The notes below the pieces were generated by a model. The model saw nothing but the letters and a program-made list of their open reading frames with translations, made no database searches and was not told where the DNA came from. The position numbers were made by a program, and so were the translations under genes. A DNA stretch of 63,934 nucleotides from a virus. Lineage: Duplodnaviria; Caudoviricetes. Positions 20,062 through 29,614 of the stretch are shown one piece after another. The stretch is from positions 1 to 63,934 of the IMG/VR virus record IMGVR_UViG_3300034954_002602, one strand, 5' to 3'. Position 1 is the stretch's first letter. Each line of letters starts with the position of its first letter.

Positions 20062-21013
20062 TAAAATCTAAAATAGGGACTACCATATCCTCATACATCA
20101 TTTTTTCTACGAGTCCTGTGTCCCAGAACCTGTTGAAATTGTGTTCTACTTTCTCATAGCAAGACTTTGGGATTGACTTTGTCTTTTCCACTTGGTCCAC
20201 GACCAATGATAATCGTTTGTCTAAATCGATCTCCAAGTCATAACTTGGATCAAACACCTCTGAATAGGTTTTGAAACCCCACGATTCTAGTTGTGACAGT
20301 GTTCCTGTGTTTCCAAATACAATAAATGGATGTCCATACATAATAGGCTTCAAAGTCTTTTCAGTAATAAACACATCGTCATCCCAATTTGACTCTACGA
20401 CCACTGTGTAATTTGTGCTTTGATACCACGCCGGATCATAATTCCGCTGTGAAAAATCCCTGTTGGCAGGAATGTAGGAATCAATCTTTCCTTCAAGGGC
20501 GTTGCCTTCATACAAAACACTGTACAGTGAGTTGCTTAAAAGTTTCCGTTTCCTAAATTCATCTAGAATTTTTGCTCTTGGGTCTTTGTGTTTGCCTATA
20601 AGCATTAGAAAATCTTTATTTTTTGTATGCTCGTGTGGCCATGATTGTACTAGTTCCTTCCTGTGTCTTTGTGCCACGTGTTCCTCGAACCAGAAAAACT
20701 TTGGAACCTGTACCACCCTGTCGTTTTCTAAGAAACCGTTGTTGACTATACCTAAAGTATTTGTATCAGTAGGGACATCACAGAAAAATTCTTTCTCCCA
20801 TAGTCCGTCGGCAATGAAACGACAACCTTTTGATCTATACTTGGATACTCTATCCTGGTCTTCTTGGAATCTGTAAACAAAAGTGTGGGTAGAATCATAT
20901 TCTTGGCCGTCGTCGTAATCGCTGATGTCAAAGTATTTTGAGAAAAAATTACTATGATGATCTGCAGGCTTTGTTAGAAAAGTTTCGCCAACACAAACAA
21001 GTTTTGGTTTCAT
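20051..21013 (-). CDS. GT10-like putative glycosyltransferase
   Basis: VVVES...FITEKTLKP...GFKTY...DPSYD; start MKPKLV. Confidence 0.5.
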   Translation of the reverse strand: MKPKLVCVGETFLTKPADHHSNFFSKYFDISDYDDGQEYDSTHTFVYRFQEDQDRVSKYRSKGCRFIADGLWEKEFFCDVPTDTNTLGIVNNGFLENDRVVQVPKFFWFEEHVAQRHRKELVQSWPHEHTKNKDFLMLIGKHKDPRAKILDEFRKRKLLSNSLYSVLYEGNALEGKIDSYIPANRDFSQRNYDPAWYQSTNYTVVVESNWDDDVFITEKTLKPIMYGHPFIVFGNTGTLSQLESWGFKTYSEVFDPSYDLEIDLDKRLSLVVDQVEKTKSIPKSCYEKVEHNFNRFWDTGLVEKMMYEDMVVPILDFINR

Positions 21014-21015
21014 CT

Positions 21016-22017
21016 TTATCTTACCCCACAGGTATGAAAGCAATTCATTAATCTATCACTGGTACCTTGATTAATTCCTTCGTCCAATCTCCTAAAGAAA
21101 TCACCTTGCAAGATGTCAACGAGGTTAGTGTGATTGATGTTGATTGATTTATGATCGTCTATCAGTCTTTTAACTTCGTGTAAGTCAGCCTCGCCTAGCA
21201 TACAGCAAGGTTGTACTACTCCAGTTGCCCTAATATATACTTCATAAATGTTGTCACTGGCCATTTTGCAAATAACTTTCTTTTCCGAATCAATGTTTCC
21301 ACTATAGACAGGCGGTGTCAAAACTTTCTCCACTTTTCTATCTGGATGGTTAGATGGTTTTTCTAAACTGTAATCATCTACCTCCCATGACTGCAAGTCG
21401 TCCAACTCACCGGTTATCCAGTTTGACTTTTTGAATCTGTTTGTATGGGTTGCGTTGAACTCTATGAATCCCATATCATTTGCTAAACGTTCCGCTTCTA
21501 CTAGTTGGTGTTCGTTGTGTTTGAATATGAGATATTTCCACTGCGCCTGTCCACCTGCCCCGATGTATGCTTTGACGTTTGCCATCAACTTATTCCAATT
21601 GACATTTCTCCTGTACAAGTGGTTTGTGTCTTCTAGGCCATCTATCCCAAACATAACAACGATTCCTAATTCCGCACACTCTCTCCAGAAGTCTTCGTTA
21701 CGTGCTCCGCCATTACTATGCATTTCTAATCTACAATCTTTGTTTATATCCCTGATCCATTTGTATATCTTCAACACCTCAGGATTCATTATTGGATCAC
21801 CATAGGTACCAACTGAATGAACTTTCTTCAACTGTTTGATCAGTTTCTCTGGAATACTTTTTTGTACCACTTCAAGTGTGGTATGATTTTTGTTGACTCT
21901 ATCCTTGTTCAATGTGCCGTCGTGCTCGTTGAATCTTGCACACATAGGACAGGCCGCATTACAAAAATCTGTGAACTCGAAGTTGATAACATTCAAATTG
22001 TCTGGCGTAATGAACAT
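21016..22017 (-). CDS. radical SAM/SPASM protein
   Basis: CNAACPMC, GDP, FGIDG, C-terminal PCC...CxxxC. Confidence 0.85.
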   Translation of the reverse strand: MFITPDNLNVINFEFTDFCNAACPMCARFNEHDGTLNKDRVNKNHTTLEVVQKSIPEKLIKQLKKVHSVGTYGDPIMNPEVLKIYKWIRDINKDCRLEMHSNGGARNEDFWRECAELGIVVMFGIDGLEDTNHLYRRNVNWNKLMANVKAYIGAGGQAQWKYLIFKHNEHQLVEAERLANDMGFIEFNATHTNRFKKSNWITGELDDLQSWEVDDYSLEKPSNHPDRKVEKVLTPPVYSGNIDSEKKVICKMASDNIYEVYIRATGVVQPCCMLGEADLHEVKRLIDDHKSININHTNLVDILQGDFFRRLDEGINQGTSDRLMNCFHTCGVR

Positions 22018-23315
22018 TAGAGATCTTTCACTTCATTCCATATCTGCGGATAAACTTTTTTCCAATCTGTGTTTCTTCTTCTGTCTAGTTCATTCAGATA
22101 TATCACGAGTTGTTTTTGTCTAAGGACGCTAGGTTCTCTTTTTTCAAACTCGTTAAGTATTCCAAGCATATACCGTTTATGGTTTTGTTTTACGGAGTCC
22201 TCGAATCCATGAGACTTCGTATCAAAATTTTCTATTGCTTCTCTGAGTCCCCACTCGTTGATTTTCTTTCCAAACACTCCAGGATACAACCAAGGCTGAC
22301 CAGGTTGTTCGTATGAGTTGGCCTTCATCATACTCCAGTATATCGGTTTTATTTTACTACATTCATTGATGTATCTTACCATAGCAGGCATTCCTGGCAC
22401 AGCAGTAACAGTCAATGCACTGTTAATGGCCTGCTCTATGTTTGTGTTATGAAGTATGTGTTCGAAGTTTTTGATTGCCACCCCTAGGTCCAACCCTGTC
22501 CTCACATATTCCCCCTCGTCACCCAATGCATCACAACTGAAGAATATCTGTATCTTATCAAGACGACCGGACTTCTGTAATCTGTCTAACCTATCTATCC
22601 ATCCTTTGAATCTTTCATGTTCGATGTTATGATTACTAAAGAACACAAGGGTAAGGTCAGGATAGTTGCCTTTTTCCAAATACTCGATGAACCTGAAAGT
22701 CTCCTTCTGTAAAAATGGCTCACCTCCCATTACAAAAATCTTGTGCAGTTTATGTAGATGCTTTTCAAACCATTTGAACAAAAGTTCAGTGTGTTCTTCT
22801 ATCTTGGGATTTTTTGTGTATTTCTCTTTGATCCTCACACCGCCACTATTGAATTCACCAAAACGTTTTTTCTCTTGTTGGATTGTTGAACTAAAGTGTG
22901 AGTCACAGTAGATGCAAGACTGCTGGCAGGTGTTCCCCCAATACACTTCTATTTGTCTAGGTGTTACATCCACGGCTTCAAGGTCGTGTTCTAATTCTGG
23001 TGGTGCAGTTGTACCTTCAAGGTGTAGGTGTATCATCCTGTCAGATGTACCGCCTGCCTCCTCTATGTGTTTGCAGTGTTCACAGTTTCTTCCTGGCCAT
23101 TCTCCCCGAAGCATCTTCCTTCGTGCTTCAAGTTTGGCTGGAATGTTATGGAAGTTCAGTTCGCCATTCCGCACTTCTAGAGGGTCACCTTGTACCCTGT
23201 GACAACTCGCACTCAACCCATCCGTCAGGTACACCGTGCTATGAGTCCATTTGAGTTGGCACGGTAGACCTTTGGTAATAGGAAAAGGTTTAGGTGGTTG
23301 CTTTGAAATGCCCAT
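22017..23315 (-). CDS. radical SAM protein
   Basis: CQQSCIYC, GGEPF. Confidence 0.85.
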   Translation of the reverse strand: MGISKQPPKPFPITKGLPCQLKWTHSTVYLTDGLSASCHRVQGDPLEVRNGELNFHNIPAKLEARRKMLRGEWPGRNCEHCKHIEEAGGTSDRMIHLHLEGTTAPPELEHDLEAVDVTPRQIEVYWGNTCQQSCIYCDSHFSSTIQQEKKRFGEFNSGGVRIKEKYTKNPKIEEHTELLFKWFEKHLHKLHKIFVMGGEPFLQKETFRFIEYLEKGNYPDLTLVFFSNHNIEHERFKGWIDRLDRLQKSGRLDKIQIFFSCDALGDEGEYVRTGLDLGVAIKNFEHILHNTNIEQAINSALTVTAVPGMPAMVRYINECSKIKPIYWSMMKANSYEQPGQPWLYPGVFGKKINEWGLREAIENFDTKSHGFEDSVKQNHKRYMLGILNEFEKREPSVLRQKQLVIYLNELDRRRNTDWKKVYPQIWNEVKDL

Positions 23316-23333
23316 TGTTATATAATTATCTAT

Positions 23334-24038
23334 ATGAAAATATCCAAAGATATCCTTGTGGATAAAGGTATCAATTACGTTCAGAAGTATCCTTACAACG
23401 AGTTAGCAAAGGTTACGAAAAATCACAAAAGGCATTACGCCACTCCTGACGGCAGACAGGTTCCAAGTGTGACCACGGTGTTGAGTGCTACAAAAGACAT
23501 GACACATCTCATCGAATGGCGTAAGAGGATAGGGGCGGAAAAGGCCCAACAAATAACCACAGAGAGTGCCAACATAGGAACAGTGATGCACCGTAGCCTT
23601 GAGAAGCACGTCAAGGGAGAGGACAGGACACCTGGTTCAAATCTCATACAACAGAAAGCACATAAGATGGCCAATGTGATAATAGACAATGGGTTGAACA
23701 ATGTCAGTGAGGTTTGGGGATCAGAGGTATCCCTTTATTATCCAGAACTGTACGCAGGCACTACAGACCTAGTCGGTGTTTACAAGGGTGCACCTGCAAT
23801 TATGGACTTCAAACAGGCACGTAGGCTTAAGAAGAAAGAATGGGTGGAGGATTATTTCCTCCAACTTGTAGCCTATTCTGAAGCACACAACAAGATGTAC
23901 GACACACAAATAAAGACCGGCCGTATCTTTATATGCACACAGAACAATGAATATCAAACGTTTGACATAGACAACTATGATCACTGGGTAGGCAAGTGGT
24001 ACGGCAAGTTGGAACAATACTACAAGTCTATCCTTTAA
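23334..24038 (+). CDS. PD-(D/E)XK exonuclease (Cas4/MGME1-like phage exonuclease)
   Basis: PSVTTVL, GT.MH, YAGTTD, IMDFK, YFLQLVAY. Confidence 0.85.
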   Translation: MKISKDILVDKGINYVQKYPYNELAKVTKNHKRHYATPDGRQVPSVTTVLSATKDMTHLIEWRKRIGAEKAQQITTESANIGTVMHRSLEKHVKGEDRTPGSNLIQQKAHKMANVIIDNGLNNVSEVWGSEVSLYYPELYAGTTDLVGVYKGAPAIMDFKQARRLKKKEWVEDYFLQLVAYSEAHNKMYDTQIKTGRIFICTQNNEYQTFDIDNYDHWVGKWYGKLEQYYKSIL

Positions 24039-24050
24039 TAAATACGTTAT

Positions 24051-25631
24051 ATGCCTATAGTACAGATATCTAGAATACAGCACAGACGTGGAAAAAGAAC
24101 GGATTTACCGCAATTGGCCGCAGGTGAATTGGGTTGGGTAATAGACGAGCAAAGATTGTTCATTGGAAATGGTACAGTATCAGATGGTGCACCAGCAGTG
24201 GGCAACACGGAAATAATGACTGCAGGCAGTTCGGCATTCACAACAGCATTGGGTCATACCTACAAAGGTTACCTAGGAGACAGCACACCGATCACTACAA
24301 CACAACAAAGAACATTACAGCAAAGATTAGACGACTATGTTTCTGTCAAAGACTTTGGTGCAACAGGTGACGACAGCACAGCAGATGTCACAGCGATACA
24401 AAATGCAATAGATGAAATTTACAAAGACACTGACAAAGCAGACACAAGATCAAGAAGAATACTTTTCTTTCCGGCAGGCACTTACAGAATCAATGCCGCA
24501 CTAAAAATCCCACCATACGCACATTTGATGGGTGAAGGACCAGACAAAACAATTATAAGAAATTCAGGCAACAACTCAGTAATGGTTACACAAGACAATG
24601 CAGGTAACGTTGGTGATGATATTACTGCACAGGTAAACCAAATCCAAATTTCAAACATGACATTGAGAAACACAGTGGCTTATGCAGGTGTGTCTCTTGA
24701 CAGGGCAAAAGAAGTATATTTCAACAACGTCAAGTTCCAAGGTTCTTATGCGGCCGGAGGCGCTGACGTATCAGCATCCAAAGGATTGACTGTGACTTCT
24801 ACTACTGCACTACCTTGTGAAAAATTATACTTCAATCATTGTCAGTTCACAAAATTTGCAAGATTGGTTGATATGAGTTTTGATGCAACCAATGTAAGAT
24901 TCAATGATTGTGATTTCAGCACAGCCTACTATGGTGCATTGATCGGAGATGAATGGGACAGTTCAACTTCAAACGGTATGACTGTTGGACCAAGAGACGT
25001 GCAATTTACCGGCAGTAGTTGGAGCAATATCGGTCAACAGGCAATCTACGTGAAGGCTCAACAAACAGTTGAAGCACCATCGAGGAACATCATATCACAT
25101 GGTAACTGGTATGCTAAGACGGTTGCAAACAATTTCGAGGGTGTTGGTTCTATAAGAGAAGTAGCAGTGATAAGATATGATCAGGACGAGTGTAGTTCTA
25201 TCATGGATTTCTTTGAAAGAAGTGACCTTAGAAGATCAGATGGTAGTTCAGAACTTAACGCGGCTCCTGAACTGCAAGGTATCGGTATACAATCAAAAGC
25301 AATAAAATCTCAAACTCTAACAAACAACACATCGACGGCCACCACATTCAATGAATATCCTGCTCTTGCAGGCAAAGGATTGAAAGTTGTTTACAAGATA
25401 GTGAGGGGTACACTCGACAGGACAGGTGAATTAATTGTCAGTGTTTCAACTAACGGAGTCAGTTACGACGACACATACACGGAAAGCGGAAATGATTGTG
25501 GTGTAGAACTGACAGCAGTGCTTGACAACAAAGACTCAACAGCAGGATCTGAGACTGTTGCATTAAAATTCACAACTACTAGTACTGGTACTGACGCAAC
25601 AATAGATTACCAGACTACCATCCTAGCATAA
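24051..25631 (+). CDS. tail fibre/spike protein with pectate-lyase-3-like beta-helix
   Basis: RIQHRRG..LPQLAAGELG..D..RLFIG N-terminus; VSVKDFGATGD..D.TAIQ.AI..FFPAGTY. Confidence 0.75.
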   Translation: MPIVQISRIQHRRGKRTDLPQLAAGELGWVIDEQRLFIGNGTVSDGAPAVGNTEIMTAGSSAFTTALGHTYKGYLGDSTPITTTQQRTLQQRLDDYVSVKDFGATGDDSTADVTAIQNAIDEIYKDTDKADTRSRRILFFPAGTYRINAALKIPPYAHLMGEGPDKTIIRNSGNNSVMVTQDNAGNVGDDITAQVNQIQISNMTLRNTVAYAGVSLDRAKEVYFNNVKFQGSYAAGGADVSASKGLTVTSTTALPCEKLYFNHCQFTKFARLVDMSFDATNVRFNDCDFSTAYYGALIGDEWDSSTSNGMTVGPRDVQFTGSSWSNIGQQAIYVKAQQTVEAPSRNIISHGNWYAKTVANNFEGVGSIREVAVIRYDQDECSSIMDFFERSDLRRSDGSSELNAAPELQGIGIQSKAIKSQTLTNNTSTATTFNEYPALAGKGLKVVYKIVRGTLDRTGELIVSVSTNGVSYDDTYTESGNDCGVELTAVLDNKDSTAGSETVALKFTTTSTGTDATIDYQTTILA

Positions 25632-25773
25632 TAATCAATAAACTGATAGACAAAAAACTTTTTTTGTCATAATATTAGTACATTATAAAAATGCAAAACG
25701 ACGTTGCAGTTTTGTTCAAACGATAGGTGACAAAAAAAGACAAAAAAAGTTATAAACGTGGATTTAGATAAAT

Positions 25774-28167
25774 ATGGATACAACAAAAACAAAATCAAAA
25801 AATAAAATTACAAGAAACTTAATGCCGAACACCAACTCTAGTACGATCAAAGTTCAAAAAAGAGATGGCAGGCTAGAAGACCTTGATATTAATAAAATTC
25901 ATTTCGTCGTTGAAGAGGCGTGTGAAGGTCTTTCTGGAGTGTCGTCGTCACAAATTGAAATGAATGCCAACATACAGTTCTATGATGGTATGACAACAAA
26001 AGATATCCAAAACGTTTTAGTGAGATCTGCAAACGATCTTATCAGTCTTGAAACTCCTAACTATCAATACGCCGCGGCGAGATTGCTTTCCTATGATGTA
26101 AGGAAAGAAGCACACGGTCAGTATGAATACATTCCGTTGTTAAAACTGATCTTAAGGAACATAAGGTCTGGTGTGTATGACAAAGCGATACTAGACAAGT
26201 ATTCAAAAACAGAAATAAAAAAATTCAACACGTGGATAAGAAGAGAAAGAGATTTAAAATTCACTTACGCAGGACTTAGACAGATCTGTGACAAGTATCT
26301 TGTGCAGGATAGAAGTTCAGGACAGATATATGAAACGCCACAAGATATGTATATGATGATCGCGGCGACACTGTTCGCGGACTACCCAACAAAAACAAGG
26401 ATGAGTTATGTTAAGAAATATTATGACGCAATTAGCCAACACAAAATTAATATACCGACTCCTGTTATGGCTGGTGTTAGGACTCCTATTCGTCAGTTTG
26501 CCAGTTGTGTACTTGTGGATTCAGACGATACACTCCCTAGTATATTTTCTAGTGATATGGCTATCGGACTTTATGTCGCACGTAGGGCCGGCATTGGAAT
26601 CAACGCTGGGCGTATCAGAGGCATAAACTCTAAAATCAGAGGAGGGGAGGTCCAACACACAGGTGTGATTCCGTTCCTAAAAAAATTCGAGTCGACTGTG
26701 AGATGTTGCACACAGAATGGTGTGCGTGGTGGAAACGCAACTGTTCACTTCCCAATATGGCATCCAGAGATCGAAGACATACTTGTATTAAAAAATAACA
26801 AAGGTACTGAAGACAACAGAGTAAGACGTATGGATTACTCGATACAGATCAGTAAACTGTTCTATGAGAGATTCATGAACGAAGAAGACATCACTCTCAT
26901 CTCTCCACACCTTGCACCAGGTCTGTACGAAGCATTTGGCACAGAAGAGTTCGATGACTTATATCTAAAATATGAAGCGGATAAAACAATTCCTAAGAAA
27001 AAAGTTTCAGCACAGGATCTATTTTTTGATCTTTTGAAAGAAAGAGCAGAGACAGGTAGGATCTACATAATGAACCTTGACCACTGTAACTCACACAGTT
27101 CATTCAAAGACAAAGTGTCAATGAGTAACCTGTGTCAAGAGATCACACTACCAACAACACCCATACAAGACATACACGACGAGCAAGGTGAGATTGCACT
27201 TTGTATCCTTTCAGCAGTGAACGTTGGTGCTTTGAATGATCTAAGCGAATTAGAAAACATCTGTGACCTAAGTGTTAGAGCACTTGAACAGATAATTGAC
27301 TACCAAGATTATCCAGTGAGGGCCGCAGAAGTTTCAACAAAGAAAAGAAGGAGCCTCGGCATAGGTTACATCGGACTTGCACACTATCTAGCAAAGAACG
27401 GTGTGAAGTATTCAGATCCAAAGGCGTGGGAGTTGGTTGATAGACTGACAGAGGCATTCCAATATCACCTGTTGAGATCAAGTTGCAACATAGCAATGGA
27501 GAAAGGCAAGTGTGAGGGATTCGAAAGAACAAAATACGCAGACGGCCTACTACCAATCGATCACTACAAGAAAGACGTTGATGAGATTGTGCCACACAAA
27601 CAGAGAATGGCGTGGGAAAGCCTAAGGAAAGATATAGCGAAATATGGCTTAAGACACAGCACACTATCTGCACAGATGCCTAGTGAGAGTTCTTCCGTTG
27701 TTAGTAACGAAACCAACGGTATCGAACCACCAAGGGCATTACTTTCTATCAAGAAAAGCAAAAAAGGTCCATTGAAACAGATTGCACCTGGATATCCTAA
27801 ACTGAAGAATGATTACACATTACTTTGGGATATGCCAGACAACACAGGTTACATCAATGTTGTTGCGATGATGCAGAAGTATTTCGATCAAGCGATATCA
27901 GGTAACTGGAGTTACAACCCACTTAAATTTGATAACAACGAAGTACCACTGTCAGCAATGGCCCAAGATATGCTTATGGCTTACAAGTTTGGTTGGAAGA
28001 CTTCGTACTACCAAAACACTTACGACTTCAAAGGTGAGGAAGAAGAAGTGCAACCGTCGGGCATAAGTGCTGTCTCTGAAGAGGACGAGGGAGAAGACGT
28101 GGAGTTGCCGCCTGAATTGGTAAATACACCCATCGACGGCGACGATTGCGACGCCTGTACAATTTAA
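25774..28167 (+). CDS. nrdA: ribonucleoside-diphosphate reductase class Ia alpha subunit
   Basis: ATP-cone (VQKRDG), PTP, SCVL, SNLCQEI, KTSYY, C-terminal CxxC. Confidence 0.97.
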   Translation: MDTTKTKSKNKITRNLMPNTNSSTIKVQKRDGRLEDLDINKIHFVVEEACEGLSGVSSSQIEMNANIQFYDGMTTKDIQNVLVRSANDLISLETPNYQYAAARLLSYDVRKEAHGQYEYIPLLKLILRNIRSGVYDKAILDKYSKTEIKKFNTWIRRERDLKFTYAGLRQICDKYLVQDRSSGQIYETPQDMYMMIAATLFADYPTKTRMSYVKKYYDAISQHKINIPTPVMAGVRTPIRQFASCVLVDSDDTLPSIFSSDMAIGLYVARRAGIGINAGRIRGINSKIRGGEVQHTGVIPFLKKFESTVRCCTQNGVRGGNATVHFPIWHPEIEDILVLKNNKGTEDNRVRRMDYSIQISKLFYERFMNEEDITLISPHLAPGLYEAFGTEEFDDLYLKYEADKTIPKKKVSAQDLFFDLLKERAETGRIYIMNLDHCNSHSSFKDKVSMSNLCQEITLPTTPIQDIHDEQGEIALCILSAVNVGALNDLSELENICDLSVRALEQIIDYQDYPVRAAEVSTKKRRSLGIGYIGLAHYLAKNGVKYSDPKAWELVDRLTEAFQYHLLRSSCNIAMEKGKCEGFERTKYADGLLPIDHYKKDVDEIVPHKQRMAWESLRKDIAKYGLRHSTLSAQMPSESSSVVSNETNGIEPPRALLSIKKSKKGPLKQIAPGYPKLKNDYTLLWDMPDNTGYINVVAMMQKYFDQAISGNWSYNPLKFDNNEVPLSAMAQDMLMAYKFGWKTSYYQNTYDFKGEEEEVQPSGISAVSEEDEGEDVELPPELVNTPIDGDDCDACTI

Positions 28168-28181
28168 CTTTACAAACACAT

Positions 28182-29282
28182 ATGACAAAAACAGTTTTTA
28201 ACCAGAGAGATATTGACTTCACTAAACAGCCTATGTTCTTTGGTGAGGACGGCGGAGTGCAGAGATACGACGAGTTCAAGTATCCACAGTTTGACAAACT
28301 GAATCAGACAATGATTGGATACTTCTGGAGACCAGAAGAGGTGTCCCTACAGAAAGACAGGGCAGACTTCCAGAACTTCAGACCTGAACAGAAACACATA
28401 TTCACAAGTAATCTAAAATATCAAACACTGTTGGACTCGGTACAAGGCAGAGGACCAAGCCTAATGTTCTTGCCATACGTGAGCAACCCTGAACTAGAAG
28501 GTTGCATAGTGACTTGGGACTTCTTTGAAACAATACACTCAAGAAGTTACACGCACATAATGAAGAACGTTTACCCAGATCCAACAGAGGTATTTGACAC
28601 AATCGTTAATGACAAAGAGATATTGAAGAGAGCCAAGTCAGTCACGCACGAGTACGACAAGTTCGGAAGCATGGCACTTGACCACGCAGTGGGTAAAAAG
28701 GTTGATATGTTGGAACTTAAGAAACAATTATACCTTGCGATGAACACTGTGAACTTGCTAGAAGGACTAAGGTTCTATGTATCATTCGCTTGTACATTTG
28801 CATTTGGAGAATTAAAACTAATGGAAGGTTCTGCAAAGATACTTTCATTGATTGCTAGGGACGAAGCAACACACTTGAATCTATCGACACACGTGTTGAA
28901 AGCGTGGCACAAGGGCGATGATCCTGAGATGACCAAAGCAATCAAAGGTACAGAGAAAACAGTGATCCAGATGTTCAAAGACTGTGTTGAAGAAGAGAAG
29001 GCGTGGGCGAGACACTTGTTCAAAGACGGATCCATCATAGGATTGAATGAGAAACTGTTGGGCAAGTACGTTGAATTCATAGCAAACAAGAGATTGAAAG
29101 CACTTGGTTATGATCCACTGTATGACGTGTCAGCGACACAGAACCCACTGCCATGGACACAGCACTGGTTGAGTTCTAAAGGTATGCAGGTGGCACCACA
29201 GGAGACTGAAGTAGAATCATACATCGTTGGTGGCATCAAGCAAGACGTCAAAAAAGGCCAATTCAGCAAATTTAAGTTATAA
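28182..29282 (+). CDS. nrdB: ribonucleoside-diphosphate reductase class Ia beta subunit
   Basis: FWRPEEV, DSVQGR, ETIHSRSY, EGLRFY, RDEATH, APQETE. Confidence 0.97.
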   Translation: MTKTVFNQRDIDFTKQPMFFGEDGGVQRYDEFKYPQFDKLNQTMIGYFWRPEEVSLQKDRADFQNFRPEQKHIFTSNLKYQTLLDSVQGRGPSLMFLPYVSNPELEGCIVTWDFFETIHSRSYTHIMKNVYPDPTEVFDTIVNDKEILKRAKSVTHEYDKFGSMALDHAVGKKVDMLELKKQLYLAMNTVNLLEGLRFYVSFACTFAFGELKLMEGSAKILSLIARDEATHLNLSTHVLKAWHKGDDPEMTKAIKGTEKTVIQMFKDCVEEEKAWARHLFKDGSIIGLNEKLLGKYVEFIANKRLKALGYDPLYDVSATQNPLPWTQHWLSSKGMQVAPQETEVESYIVGGIKQDVKKGQFSKFKL

Positions 29283-29315
29283 TCACAGCGGTTTTCGCCG
29301 GCAATAAATATCCAT

Positions 29316-29612
29316 ATGCCAAGGATATCAAGACACAGAGATAGAGCCCGTACAGGACACTTATGTTCTAAAACAGCACCCGTGCTGGCAAAACAAAGAT
29401 CAGTATTTGCCAACGGCAAAGCACTATTAACAAGAGGTGACAGGCTCGCTCCACACAAAATCAAGAAAGGTTTTTTCTGTATTCCACATCCTGCGAAATT
29501 AAAAGGAAGTTCAATGACAGTGTTTGCGGAAGGCATCGGTGTTGGAAGGAAGGGTGACAGGGCAGATTTTGGTGCAATGAAAGGAGCGTCATTCAACGTG
29601 TTCGCAGGATAA
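29316..29612 (+). CDS. PAAR-like baseplate spike tip protein (T4 gp5.4-like)
   Basis: TGH.C, SVFANG..RGD..PH, GS.TVF..G..VGR.GD, S.NVFAG. Confidence 0.8.
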   Translation: MPRISRHRDRARTGHLCSKTAPVLAKQRSVFANGKALLTRGDRLAPHKIKKGFFCIPHPAKLKGSSMTVFAEGIGVGRKGDRADFGAMKGASFNVFAG

Positions 29613-29614
29613 CA

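Noticed and set aside
23334-24038. Cas4-like nuclease as evidence of a CRISPR system
   Set aside because: No repeat-spacer array or other cas genes seen; typical stand-alone phage exonuclease
25640-25760. GACAAAAAA repeats and palindrome upstream of nrdA as NrdR box or origin
   Set aside because: Low-complexity A/T runs that do not match the NrdR consensus; insufficient support
25774-29282. Introns or inteins in nrdA/nrdB
   Set aside because: Both ORFs are continuous and of normal length
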